Assembly (NCBI GenBank): GCA_046705285.1
Contig: JBJKQK010000168.1
Span: forward strand, 1,276 to 65,275
Reading direction: 5' to 3'
Source of the DNA: Terriglobia bacterium
Lineage (GTDB): Bacteria > Acidobacteriota > Terriglobia > UBA7540
DNA: 64,000 nucleotides
Below the pieces are notes generated by a model. The model was given only the letters and a program-made list of their open reading frames with translations. It had not been told where the DNA came from and did no database searches. Both the position numbers and the translations under genes were made by a program. Below are positions 33,995-42,433 of this stretch, piece after piece. Within the stretch, counting starts at the first letter, position 1. Each line of letters starts with the position of its first letter.

Positions 33995-35353
33995 ATGGCA
34001 GAGCTAGACCTCGAACAAATCGCGAAAGATCTGGTTGACAAGGCGACAGCCGCCGGGGCCAGCGCCGCCGACGTAGTGGTGCTGGAAGGCGAAGAGTTTT
34101 CCACTACGCTGCGCCTGGGGAAAGTTGAAAAGCTGAAGGAGGCATCCTCCAAGGGCCTGGGTCTCCGCGTTTTTATTGGCACGCAGAGCGCTTCAGCTTA
34201 TTCCAGCGACTTTTCGCCCGCCTCGCTCGACATGCTGGTGGAGCGAACTCTGGAAATGGCACGTGAGACATCCGAGGATCCGGCGAGCGGCCTTGCCGAA
34301 CCGGCATTGCTGGGCCGCTACGAAGGCGATCTGCAACTTTACTGCCCCGACGTCGCCGACTTCCCCGCCCAAGAACGCATTGCCTATGCGGCCCGCGCTG
34401 AAGAAGCGGCGATGGCCTCGGATCCGCGCATCCGGAACTCCGAAGGATCATGGTTCGAATCGAATGTCGGCACGAAAATCTATGCCAACTCGGCAGGATT
34501 TGTGGGTGGCTATCGCGCATCCTATTGCTCCGTGGCTGTTTCACCTATAGCCCAGGCTGAACCGGGCGACGGCATGGAGCGAGACTACTGGTATTCGGTG
34601 GCCCGAAGCGTGGCAGCGCTTGATTCACCGGAAGCAGTCGGCCGCAAGGCGGCCGAACGGGCACTCAGGCGGCTGGGCGCTCGCAAGATTTCAACCCGGC
34701 AGGTACCTGTGGTTTTCGACTCCGAAACCGCGTCCTCGCTGGCTGGCCACATTTTTGGCGCAGTGCGCGGCGATGCCATCTACCGAAAAGCCAGCTTCCT
34801 GACAGGCAAGCTGGGAGAGAAGATTGGTGGAGAAAACTTGACGGTGCTCGACGACGGTTTGCGCCCGGGCGGATTCGGCTCACGGCCTTTTGACGATGAG
34901 GGCATTCCAGCTTCAACGACCACGGTGATTGAACGTGGCGTGCTGAAGAACTACTTGCTGAACTCCTACGCGGCGCGAAAACTTGGCCTCGAAACCACCG
35001 GCAATGCGTCTCGCGCGCTAGCCGGAGCACCCAGCGTGGGGCCGAAGAATTTCTATCTGCAGCCGGGCACTCACTCGCCCGAGGAAATCATCCGCTCTGT
35101 CAAAGACGGATTCTATGTGACGGAACTGATTGGCTTCGGCGTAAACGTTGTGACAGGTGACTACTCGCGCGGCGCCGCCGGATTGTGGATTGAAAACGGC
35201 GAGCTCACGTATCCGGTCCATGAAGTGACCATCGGCGGCAACCTGCAGGATATTCTGACTCACATCGAGATGATCGGAAACGATCTGGAATTCCGGCGCG
35301 CCGTGACTTCACCTACTTTGCGGGTGGACGGCCTGACGGTGGCGGGCGCATAA
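33995..35353 (+). CDS. pmbA: metalloprotease PmbA/TldE
   Basis: 452 aa, adjacent to tldD. It shows PmbA_TldD family features (GLGLRVFIG, C-terminal GGNL..IL). Confidence 0.93.
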   Translation: MAELDLEQIAKDLVDKATAAGASAADVVVLEGEEFSTTLRLGKVEKLKEASSKGLGLRVFIGTQSASAYSSDFSPASLDMLVERTLEMARETSEDPASGLAEPALLGRYEGDLQLYCPDVADFPAQERIAYAARAEEAAMASDPRIRNSEGSWFESNVGTKIYANSAGFVGGYRASYCSVAVSPIAQAEPGDGMERDYWYSVARSVAALDSPEAVGRKAAERALRRLGARKISTRQVPVVFDSETASSLAGHIFGAVRGDAIYRKASFLTGKLGEKIGGENLTVLDDGLRPGGFGSRPFDDEGIPASTTTVIERGVLKNYLLNSYAARKLGLETTGNASRALAGAPSVGPKNFYLQPGTHSPEEIIRSVKDGFYVTELIGFGVNVVTGDYSRGAAGLWIENGELTYPVHEVTIGGNLQDILTHIEMIGNDLEFRRAVTSPTLRVDGLTVAGA

Positions 35354-35402
35354 AGGCTCGCTCCTCAACGCCAGCCCGCTACGGTGCCATAGATACAGCC
35401 CT

Positions 35403-35885
35403 ATGCACAGGAATTCATGTTTGAGCTTGTTCGCTTCCGCCAAGCGCCTCCGTATTCGGCATTTGGTGGCAGCGGCGTCGGTCGCTTTTGCAGCTGCCAG
35501 CCTTGCGGGCTGCAGCGGCACAAGGCAAACCGCGAATTCCCCTCCCACACAGGATGAAAGGGCGTACCTGCAGGATCTGCAGTTCACAAAAGGCCGCGTG
35601 GAGGCAGCAACAAACTTTCTGGGTCATACCGTAACGACCTTTCACTCTGAGGTGACGAATAAAGGGAAGAAGACGGTCCTGTATATTGAAGTCAATCTGA
35701 CCTTTTACGATATCGATGGGAAAGCCGTCGAGCAGAGGAAAGCGTACCCCGTCGGCGGCGCCACGCTGCCGTTGAAGCCGGGCGAAACACGGCCATTCCA
35801 GGTGTCATTCGACCAAGTTCCCGACCTGTGGAACCAGGCACCGCCCAAGGTCACTCCGGTGCGCGTCGTCCTGGCCGGGGAGTAG
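35403..35885 (+). CDS. lipoprotein of unknown function
   Basis: 160 aa with the lipobox AAASLAGCSG and a beta-rich mature part. Confidence 0.65.
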   Translation: MHRNSCLSLFASAKRLRIRHLVAAASVAFAAASLAGCSGTRQTANSPPTQDERAYLQDLQFTKGRVEAATNFLGHTVTTFHSEVTNKGKKTVLYIEVNLTFYDIDGKAVEQRKAYPVGGATLPLKPGETRPFQVSFDQVPDLWNQAPPKVTPVRVVLAGE

Positions 35886-35963
35886 TAACTTCAGCCCGCA
35901 AGCCCAGCCGGAAATTGCGTGAGGCCCCCTGGCTTGACCCATTCCTGAACCGCTCGCCGCAGA

Positions 35964-36734
35964 TCAGCGTCCGGCTTCCAGCCGTGCGATCAGCGGTTCA
36001 GGCAAACCTTCCTTGCGCATCTTCTCCTGAGTCGCCACCAAGTCGTAAGGCGTCCGGTAAAACTCCACGCGTTTCTGCTGAAGGTCCAGGATGGCGAAGG
36101 CCGCCCGCCAGTCACCGTCCCGTGGCTGCCCGGTCGAGCCAGGGTTGATCAGGTATCGTGTGTGTTCCTGAAGAACAATGCCTGCGGATTTGTCGTCCTC
36201 GATTGCCGGCAAGGAAATAGGCTGAAGCCGCCTGTCGGGTGTGAGCAGGAATCCACCTTGCTGATGGCTATGCCCAAAAAAGATCAGCGGAGCACTTGTT
36301 ATCCTAAAAGCTTGGGCCGCTCCCAGCAAATCAAAGACGTATTCATCCTCATCAATAGGCGAACCGTGAACCAGCTCGAAGCTGTCCACCCGGACTGGCC
36401 CGTTTGGAAGGCTGCGCAGAAATTCGAAATGCTCCGGTGTAAGCCGGGCGCGGGTCCAGTCCGCTGCCATGCGAGCCAGGAAGTTGAAGTCTTCGGCGTC
36501 CGTCAGGCCGCAGCAGGCCTTGTCATGATTGCCGCGCACAACCGCCGCGGCAAGCGGCCGGATACGGCTGATTACCTCATTGGGATCAGGGCCGTAGCCC
36601 ACGAGATCCCCAAGACACAAAACCTGATCATACTTGCCCTCGGCAAGATGGAGGGATTTTTCAAGCGCTTCCAGGTTCGAATGGATATCGCTCAGGATGA
36701 GATAACGCAAGTGAGCCTCCGAATCCCCGATCAT
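35964..36734 (-). CDS. metallophosphoesterase family protein
   Basis: 256 aa. Motifs: ILSDIHSN, CLGDLVGYGPDPNEV, VRGNHD, FFGHSH. Confidence 0.85.
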   Translation of the reverse strand: MIGDSEAHLRYLILSDIHSNLEALEKSLHLAEGKYDQVLCLGDLVGYGPDPNEVISRIRPLAAAVVRGNHDKACCGLTDAEDFNFLARMAADWTRARLTPEHFEFLRSLPNGPVRVDSFELVHGSPIDEDEYVFDLLGAAQAFRITSAPLIFFGHSHQQGGFLLTPDRRLQPISLPAIEDDKSAGIVLQEHTRYLINPGSTGQPRDGDWRAAFAILDLQQKRVEFYRTPYDLVATQEKMRKEGLPEPLIARLEAGR

Positions 36735-37132
36735 ACATGTCGGCTTCTAAAGGCATGGAGCCAACTTCGTCCCATCTCAAAATTCTGCTGAACCAATGCC
36801 CCTCTGCGTGAACAGGTGCCAGAAAACCAGGACAAAACCTGGGGACTTTCGAGTTACTTTATCACTACCCACAAGTATTCTGACACAGTTTCGAAGGACG
36901 TGTTTGTTTTACTTGAACCTTGATTGAGGTGCCAAACACCTCATATGACTTTCGTAATTGTACCGATTGTCCGGCAGTCAAGAGGACACAGCTCCTGCGC
37001 AAAAAAACGTTGCGCTCGCTAGCGGTCCAAGGTATGTTACGTGCTGGGGATTCAATATCAACCATTCCGGATGCATCCCGATGCGTCCGTCAAGACGGCT
37101 GGGAGCCCAAGGCCCGGCTGAGAAGGAGATTT

Positions 37133-38161
37133 ATGGCATCAACACCACAGGCGGCGGCAGCGCCGAATCCTGCGCAGGTTTTTGAAACTTTGACCGCTTA
37201 TCAGCGGTCGGCAGCGCTTCGTGCGGCCATTGAGCTTGACCTGTTCCGGGCGATTGGAGAAGGGCCAGGCGATGTTGCATCGCTGGCAAAACAGTGTTCG
37301 GCCTCTGAGCGCGGCATTCGCATTCTGTGCGACTATCTCACGGTTATCGGCATGCTAAACAAAGAAAATGGCCGTTACCAGCACACGGCAACGAGCGCGG
37401 CTTTTCTCGACCCGCGCTCACCGTCTTGCCTCGCCGCCACAGCACGTTTCCTGGGAAACCCAGCCTTGCACGAACCCTTTACAAGGCTGGCTGAAATTGT
37501 CCGGAACGGGCATACCGTGCTGCCCGGGCAAGGCTCCGTCGAGCCAGAAAATCCAATATGGGTGGATTTCGCGCACAGCATGGCTCCCATGATGGCACCC
37601 ATGGCTACTCCGCTTGGCGCCATCGTTCTGGACGGCCACAACGGTCCCCTCAAGGTACTTGACATCGCCGCGGGCCACGGGCTGTTCGGCGTCGAGGTGG
37701 CAAGGCAGAACCCGCAAGCCCACATAGTGGCAGTTGACTGGGCCCCCGTTCTGGAGGTTGCCTATGCGAATGCAAAGAAAGCCGGTGTGGCCGACCGTTA
37801 CACTAAACTGCCAGGTAGCGCGTTTGAGGTGGAATACGGCGGGCCCTATGACGTTGTCCTGCTCACCAATTTCCTGCACCACTTTGATCCACCTACCAAC
37901 ACTGGATTGCTGAAGAAGGTTCACTCAGCCATGAAACCCGGAGGCCTCGTTGCTTCCCTGGAATTCGTGCCCAACGAAGACCGCGTATCACCGCCCATGG
38001 CTGCAGCTTTCAGCATGACCATGCTCGCCAGTACCCCAACGGGAGACGCTTACACCTTCAGGGAACTGGAGGCGATGTACCGGGAAGCCGGCTTTGACAA
38101 CATCACCGCGCGCCCGGTGCCTTCGGGCCCACACACTGTCGTGCTCGGACGAAAAGTATGA
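37133..38161 (+). CDS. O-methyltransferase (class I SAM-dependent, with N-terminal dimerisation/winged-helix domain)
   Basis: The ATG at 37133 is preceded by AAGGAG. VLDIAAGHGLFGVE is motif I, and the overall layout is Methyltransf_2-like. Confidence 0.85.
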   Translation: MASTPQAAAAPNPAQVFETLTAYQRSAALRAAIELDLFRAIGEGPGDVASLAKQCSASERGIRILCDYLTVIGMLNKENGRYQHTATSAAFLDPRSPSCLAATARFLGNPALHEPFTRLAEIVRNGHTVLPGQGSVEPENPIWVDFAHSMAPMMAPMATPLGAIVLDGHNGPLKVLDIAAGHGLFGVEVARQNPQAHIVAVDWAPVLEVAYANAKKAGVADRYTKLPGSAFEVEYGGPYDVVLLTNFLHHFDPPTNTGLLKKVHSAMKPGGLVASLEFVPNEDRVSPPMAAAFSMTMLASTPTGDAYTFRELEAMYREAGFDNITARPVPSGPHTVVLGRKV

Positions 38162-38189
38162 GACCATAGAATCGCCCCTTCTCGAATGT

Positions 38190-38248
38190 GAACTGGCAGG
38201 GACTGAGAGGCCCGGAGCTTCGTTAGCGCGCCCGGGCTTTTCCAGTTC
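38190..38248 (+). terminator. terminator-like nested hairpin after the O-methyltransferase gene
   Basis: Outer stem GAACTGG (38190-38196) pairs with CCAGTTC (38242-38248). Inner stem GCCCGG (38210-38215) pairs with CCGGGC (38232-38237) and is followed by TTTT (38238-38241). Confidence 0.4.
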
Positions 38249-38251
38249 AGG

Positions 38252-38339
38252 GTGACGGAGGTTCGCAACAGATTTCTCTGTGCCCTCCGTGTCTTGCAAG
38301 GTTTCGCGCTGAGCGCAAGGATAATCTCCGTGCTCTGTG
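38252..38339. repeat. cluster of CTCTGTG / CTCCGTG heptamers flanking a small hairpin
   Basis: CTCTGTG at 38276-38282, CTCCGTG at 38285-38291, CTCCGTG at 38326-38332, CTCTGTG at 38333-38339. The opposite-sense GACGGAG lies at 38254-38260. The central hairpin is CTTGC...GCAAG (38293-38320). Confidence 0.4.
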
Positions 38340-38452
38340 TACAAAAGCTTTTACCCACTGGGTGCACATAGACCAATGCCTGCTTAAAAAACTAGAATTG
38401 TTGCCTTGCAGCAATAGGTAATAAACCAGAGGCCCTTTGTGAATCCATCCTG

Positions 38453-38494
38453 GCCGAGGTGCAAGCTCAGCGGTCGCGAGCCTTGCGGCTTTTT
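38453..38494 (+). terminator. second terminator-like hairpin, 65 nt upstream of the gamma-CA start
   Basis: GCAAGCTC (38461-38468) pairs with GAGCcTTGC (38478-38486), giving 8 bp with one bulge and a 9-nt loop. GGC and then TTTTT (38490-38494) follow. Confidence 0.45.
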
Positions 38495-38559
38495 AATCGG
38501 ATATGTTAAGTTCAATAGGTTCAAGACATCGCAGGATTTTCGGCTGAGCAGGCGAGTCC

Positions 38560-39093
38560 ATGATTGCCACCTATAAAGGCGCTTCTCCTCGTATAGCGAA
38601 ATCGGCATTTGTTGCCGCCAGCGCCGACCTGATCGGCGATGTCGAAATTGCCGAGGACGCCAGCATCTGGTTCCAAGTGGTGCTGCGTGGCGATATCGGG
38701 CCGATTCGCGTGGGAGCGCAGAGCAACATTCAGGACGGCTCCGTTCTGCACAGCGTGACCGGAGTGCCCGTTATTGTGGGCCACCGGGTGACGGTGGGCC
38801 ACCGGGTGGTTCTGCACGGCTGCACGGTGGAAGACAATTGCCTGATCGGCATGGGCGCCATTGTTCTGAACGGGGCGCTCGTGGGGGCGGGATCCATCCT
38901 GGCGGCGGGAGCGCTGGTGCTGGAAAACGCCGTAATTCCGCCGGGAAGCCTTTACGTTGGGGTGCCTGCGAAACTTCGGCGGAAATTGAACGACGAAGAT
39001 CGCACTTTTATCGACGCCCACGCCGGCCACTACCTCGAATACAAGGATATTTATCTGGCTGAGACCGGTACACAATCCGCTCCTAAAACGTAG
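38560..39093 (+). CDS. gamma-class carbonic anhydrase family protein (left-handed beta-helix)
   Basis: 177 aa. Motifs: IGDVEIAEDASIWFQVVLRGD, NIQDGSVLH, VGHRVVLHGC, LIGMGAIVLNGA. Confidence 0.9.
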   Translation: MIATYKGASPRIAKSAFVAASADLIGDVEIAEDASIWFQVVLRGDIGPIRVGAQSNIQDGSVLHSVTGVPVIVGHRVTVGHRVVLHGCTVEDNCLIGMGAIVLNGALVGAGSILAAGALVLENAVIPPGSLYVGVPAKLRRKLNDEDRTFIDAHAGHYLEYKDIYLAETGTQSAPKT

Positions 39094-39142
39094 TGCGCTG
39101 CTTGAAGCACGAGGCCGGAACCGCATCGAAATCTGAATCAAC

Positions 39143-40456
39143 GTGTCCAAAAAGAACGAACTCATTCAATCCGTCAAGGGAACCCGTGATCTGCTACCCG
39201 CCGAAACACCGCTCTGGCAGAGGGTGGAAGATGAGGCACGAAAGGTCTTCGAGGCTTACAACTTCCGGGAGATCCGCACGCCCATCCTCGAACAGACCGC
39301 TCTATTTGCCCGCAGCGTGGGCACTGACACCGACATCGTCACCAAGGAGATGTACACGTTCGAGGATCGAGACAGCGAATCGCTGACGTTGCGCCCGGAG
39401 GCTACGGCATCCGTCGTGCGCGCCTATATTGAACACCGGCTTTACAACGAAGGCGGCATCCACAAGCTTTATTACTTCGGTCCCATGTTCCGGCGCGAAC
39501 GGCCACAGAAGGGGCGCTACCGGCAATTCTATCAGATTGGCGCGGAAGTGCTGGGCTCCGACCATCCAGCCATCGACGCCGAAGTGCTGGAGATGTTGGT
39601 TCTGCTGCTGGAGCGGCTCCGGTTGAAAGAATTCAAGCTTCTGCTGAACTCCGTTGGCTGCCCTAAATGCCGGCCCGAATACCTGAAGATACTGCGCGAG
39701 GCGCTCGATGAGGCTAAGTCGCGGCTGTGCGAGGATTGCCAGCGGCGCGCGACGACAAACCCGCTTCGCGTGCTGGATTGCAAAGTTGAGGCGGACCAAC
39801 CCGTCATCGAAGAGTTGCCCAAAATCATCGATCACCTGTGCCCGGAGTGCCGGCAACATTTTGATTCCGTAACCATGGATTTGAAGCAGCGTGGGGTGGC
39901 CTTTGAGATTGTGCCACGCCTGGTGCGCGGGCTTGACTATTACACTAGGACGACTTTTGAGATCACCAGCGGATTGCTTGGCGCACAAAATGCCATCCTG
40001 GGAGGTGGGCGCTATGACGGGCTTTCCGAAATGCTGGGTGGGCCTCCGGCGCCGGGCTTCGGATTCGCCATCGGCCAGGACCGGCTGGTTCTGACCGTGG
40101 AAGCAACGGCGGGTTTGCAGCCACTGCAGCCGCTCGCCGTCTACGTGGCGTGGATGGGTGAGGCCACGCGCGAGCCGGCCATGATGTTGGCGCGCGAACT
40201 CCGGCGCCAGAGCATCGGGACGGAAATCAGTTTTCATCCGATCAAGCTGAAAAAGGCGATGGGCATCGCCAGCAAACTCCAGGTGCCGTACACCATCATC
40301 ATCGGTGAACAAGAAGTCGCAAGCGGAAGCTATCAGGTGAAAGACATGCAAACCGGCGAACAGATCAGCGTCAGCACCGCTGAAATTGCAGGCTACCTGC
40401 AGGAGAAATTGCACGAGGCTTTGCCGGCGGAAAGTCACCTGCTGGAACAAAAATGA
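39143..40456 (+). CDS. hisS: histidine--tRNA ligase
   Basis: 437 aa with a GTG start. Motifs: VKGTRDLLP, FRRERPQKGRYRQFYQ, GGGRYDGL. Confidence 0.97.
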   Translation: MSKKNELIQSVKGTRDLLPAETPLWQRVEDEARKVFEAYNFREIRTPILEQTALFARSVGTDTDIVTKEMYTFEDRDSESLTLRPEATASVVRAYIEHRLYNEGGIHKLYYFGPMFRRERPQKGRYRQFYQIGAEVLGSDHPAIDAEVLEMLVLLLERLRLKEFKLLLNSVGCPKCRPEYLKILREALDEAKSRLCEDCQRRATTNPLRVLDCKVEADQPVIEELPKIIDHLCPECRQHFDSVTMDLKQRGVAFEIVPRLVRGLDYYTRTTFEITSGLLGAQNAILGGGRYDGLSEMLGGPPAPGFGFAIGQDRLVLTVEATAGLQPLQPLAVYVAWMGEATREPAMMLARELRRQSIGTEISFHPIKLKKAMGIASKLQVPYTIIIGEQEVASGSYQVKDMQTGEQISVSTAEIAGYLQEKLHEALPAESHLLEQK

Positions 40457-40476
40457 CGGAAAGGTAAGGATCCACT

Positions 40477-42261
40477 TTGGAACTCGACTTACTTGGCGAA
40501 CGACGGAGAACGCACCACTGCGGCGACTTGCGAAAAGTGCATTCGGGCCAGAAAGTATTTCTGGCAGGATGGGTGGCGCGCCGGCGCGATCTTGGCAATC
40601 TGATCTTTCTTGATCTGCGCGACCACACCGGCATCGTTCAAGTGGTCGTGAACGCGGAATCAAGCCCGGAAGCCCACGCCAAGGCCGAGCAGGTGCGGAC
40701 GGAATACGTCGTGGGCGTGGAAGGCGAAGCAGTGCTGCGGGCGCCGGAAACCGTGAACGCGCAGCTCGCCACGGGCGAAGTGGAAGTGAAAACGCAGACC
40801 CTGCTGCTGCTGAATGAGGCAAAAACTCCTCCTTTCCCCATTGAAGATGAAACTCGAACGGCCGAGGACACACGCCTACGCTACCGATATCTGGACCTAC
40901 GCCGCAGCCGCATGCAGCACAACATCCGCCTCCGCCACCGCGCCAACCAGGTGGTGCGCGAGCACTTTGACGAACACCAGTTCATCGAAGTGGAAACGCC
41001 TTTCATGACGCGGTCAACGCCCGAGGGCGCGCGCGATTACCTGGTGCCGAGCCGGGTTCGCCTGGGCCACTTTTACGCGCTGCCGCAGTCGCCGCAACTC
41101 TTCAAGCAGTTGCTGATGATCGCCGGGTTCGACCGTTATTTCCAGATTGTCCGCTGCTTCCGAGACGAAGACCTGCGCGCTGACCGCCAGCCCGAATTCA
41201 CGCAAATCGACGTGGAGATTGCCTTCCCGCAGCGTGAAGTGCTCTTCGACATCATTGAAGGTCTGCTGGAAAAACTCCTGGCGCTGGTTGATGTCAAAGT
41301 CGAGCGGCCGTTCACGCGCCTTGCCTACGACACGGCCATGCAAAAATACGGCTCCGACAAGCCGGACCTGCGGTTTGCGCTGGAATGGAAACGCCTGGAG
41401 TTGCCGCACAGCAAGCTGAATGAGGTGAAAGGATTTCAGTTTGCCAAGGGCCTTCGCGTTCCTGGCGCTGCGTCAAAAATCTCCCGCAGCCAGTTTGACC
41501 GCTACCAGGAAACCCTGCGGGCACAGGGAACCTCGAACTCGGCGTATCTGACCGTCAGCGAGGCGGGCATCCAGTCGCGGATGAAAAACGCACTCGGCGA
41601 CGACGGCCTCCGGCAAATCGTCGCAGCCACCGAAGCTCAACTCGGCGACCTGGTGATCCTACTGGGGGCGGAATCGGACTCAGTGGAAAACGTACGCGCT
41701 CTTGATCAGGCATCAGGCTGGTTGCGACTGGAACTCGCGAATAAATTTGAGCTCATCAAGCCCGGCCTTTGGAAACTCGCGTGGATTATTGACTTCCCCA
41801 TGTTCGAGTACGACAAAAATGAGAAGCGTTTTGCGGCCATGCACCACCCGTTCACGTCGCCGCGGGAAGAAGATCTGGACCGGCTGGAGTCGGTCCCGGG
41901 CAGCGTCAAGGCTCTTGCGTATGACCTGGTTCTGAACGGGCAGGAGATCGGCGGGGGCTCAATCCGTATGCACCGCCCCGACATCCAGAAGCGAGTCTTC
42001 CGAGTGCTGGGCTTGAGCGATGAAAAGGCCCGGGAGCGATTCGGCTTCTTCATGGACGCGCTCGAATACGGGGCGCCGCCACACGGGGGGATCGCGCTGG
42101 GCGTTGATCGCATTGTCGCCCTGCTGGCAGGCGAATCGAGCATCCGCGAAGTCATCGCATTTCCCAAGACCGCCAGCGCCACCGACCTGATGTGCGACGC
42201 GCCCGCAACCGTCGATCCCGAACAACTCTCTGAACTGGGGCTGAAGATTCTGAAGTATTGA
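40477..42261 (+). CDS. aspS: aspartate--tRNA ligase
   Basis: 594 aa with a TTG start preceded by AAGGA. Motifs: RTHHCGDLR, FLDLRDHTGIVQ, CFRDEDLRADRQPEFTQID, GGGSIRMH. Confidence 0.97.
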   Translation: MELDLLGERRRTHHCGDLRKVHSGQKVFLAGWVARRRDLGNLIFLDLRDHTGIVQVVVNAESSPEAHAKAEQVRTEYVVGVEGEAVLRAPETVNAQLATGEVEVKTQTLLLLNEAKTPPFPIEDETRTAEDTRLRYRYLDLRRSRMQHNIRLRHRANQVVREHFDEHQFIEVETPFMTRSTPEGARDYLVPSRVRLGHFYALPQSPQLFKQLLMIAGFDRYFQIVRCFRDEDLRADRQPEFTQIDVEIAFPQREVLFDIIEGLLEKLLALVDVKVERPFTRLAYDTAMQKYGSDKPDLRFALEWKRLELPHSKLNEVKGFQFAKGLRVPGAASKISRSQFDRYQETLRAQGTSNSAYLTVSEAGIQSRMKNALGDDGLRQIVAATEAQLGDLVILLGAESDSVENVRALDQASGWLRLELANKFELIKPGLWKLAWIIDFPMFEYDKNEKRFAAMHHPFTSPREEDLDRLESVPGSVKALAYDLVLNGQEIGGGSIRMHRPDIQKRVFRVLGLSDEKARERFGFFMDALEYGAPPHGGIALGVDRIVALLAGESSIREVIAFPKTASATDLMCDAPATVDPEQLSELGLKILKY

Positions 42262-42433
42262 ACTGTTGCAGGGAGCCACAGCAGATTCAGTCGCCACCAT
42301 GGCGCGCAGCAATCAATAAGTCGGGGGCTCATCTCCGTCCTTGCATGAGCATAATCAGGATGCTGGAGCTTCGGCTCCGGCGGACGAAGAGGGGAGCAAA
42401 AGGGGCTTTAGTCCTAGAATTAAAGGTCGCTGC

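Noticed and set aside
38340-38559. T-box or known riboswitch upstream of gamma-CA/hisS/aspS
   Set aside because: No T-box core (GGTGGTACCGCG-like) and no other riboswitch core motif that I know is present. I keep it only as a generic attenuator or sRNA candidate.
38776-38808. Perfect 15-nt direct repeat GTGGGCCACCGGGTG with 18-nt period inside the gamma-CA gene
   Set aside because: It encodes two consecutive hexapeptide units (VGHRVT / VGHRVV) of a left-handed beta-helix, where such periodic repetition is intrinsic. A recent in-frame duplication cannot be excluded, but it is not needed to explain the repeat.
39302-40873. 523-aa - strand ORF
   Set aside because: It is antisense to hisS and the start of aspS, has no motifs, and has shadow-ORF composition.
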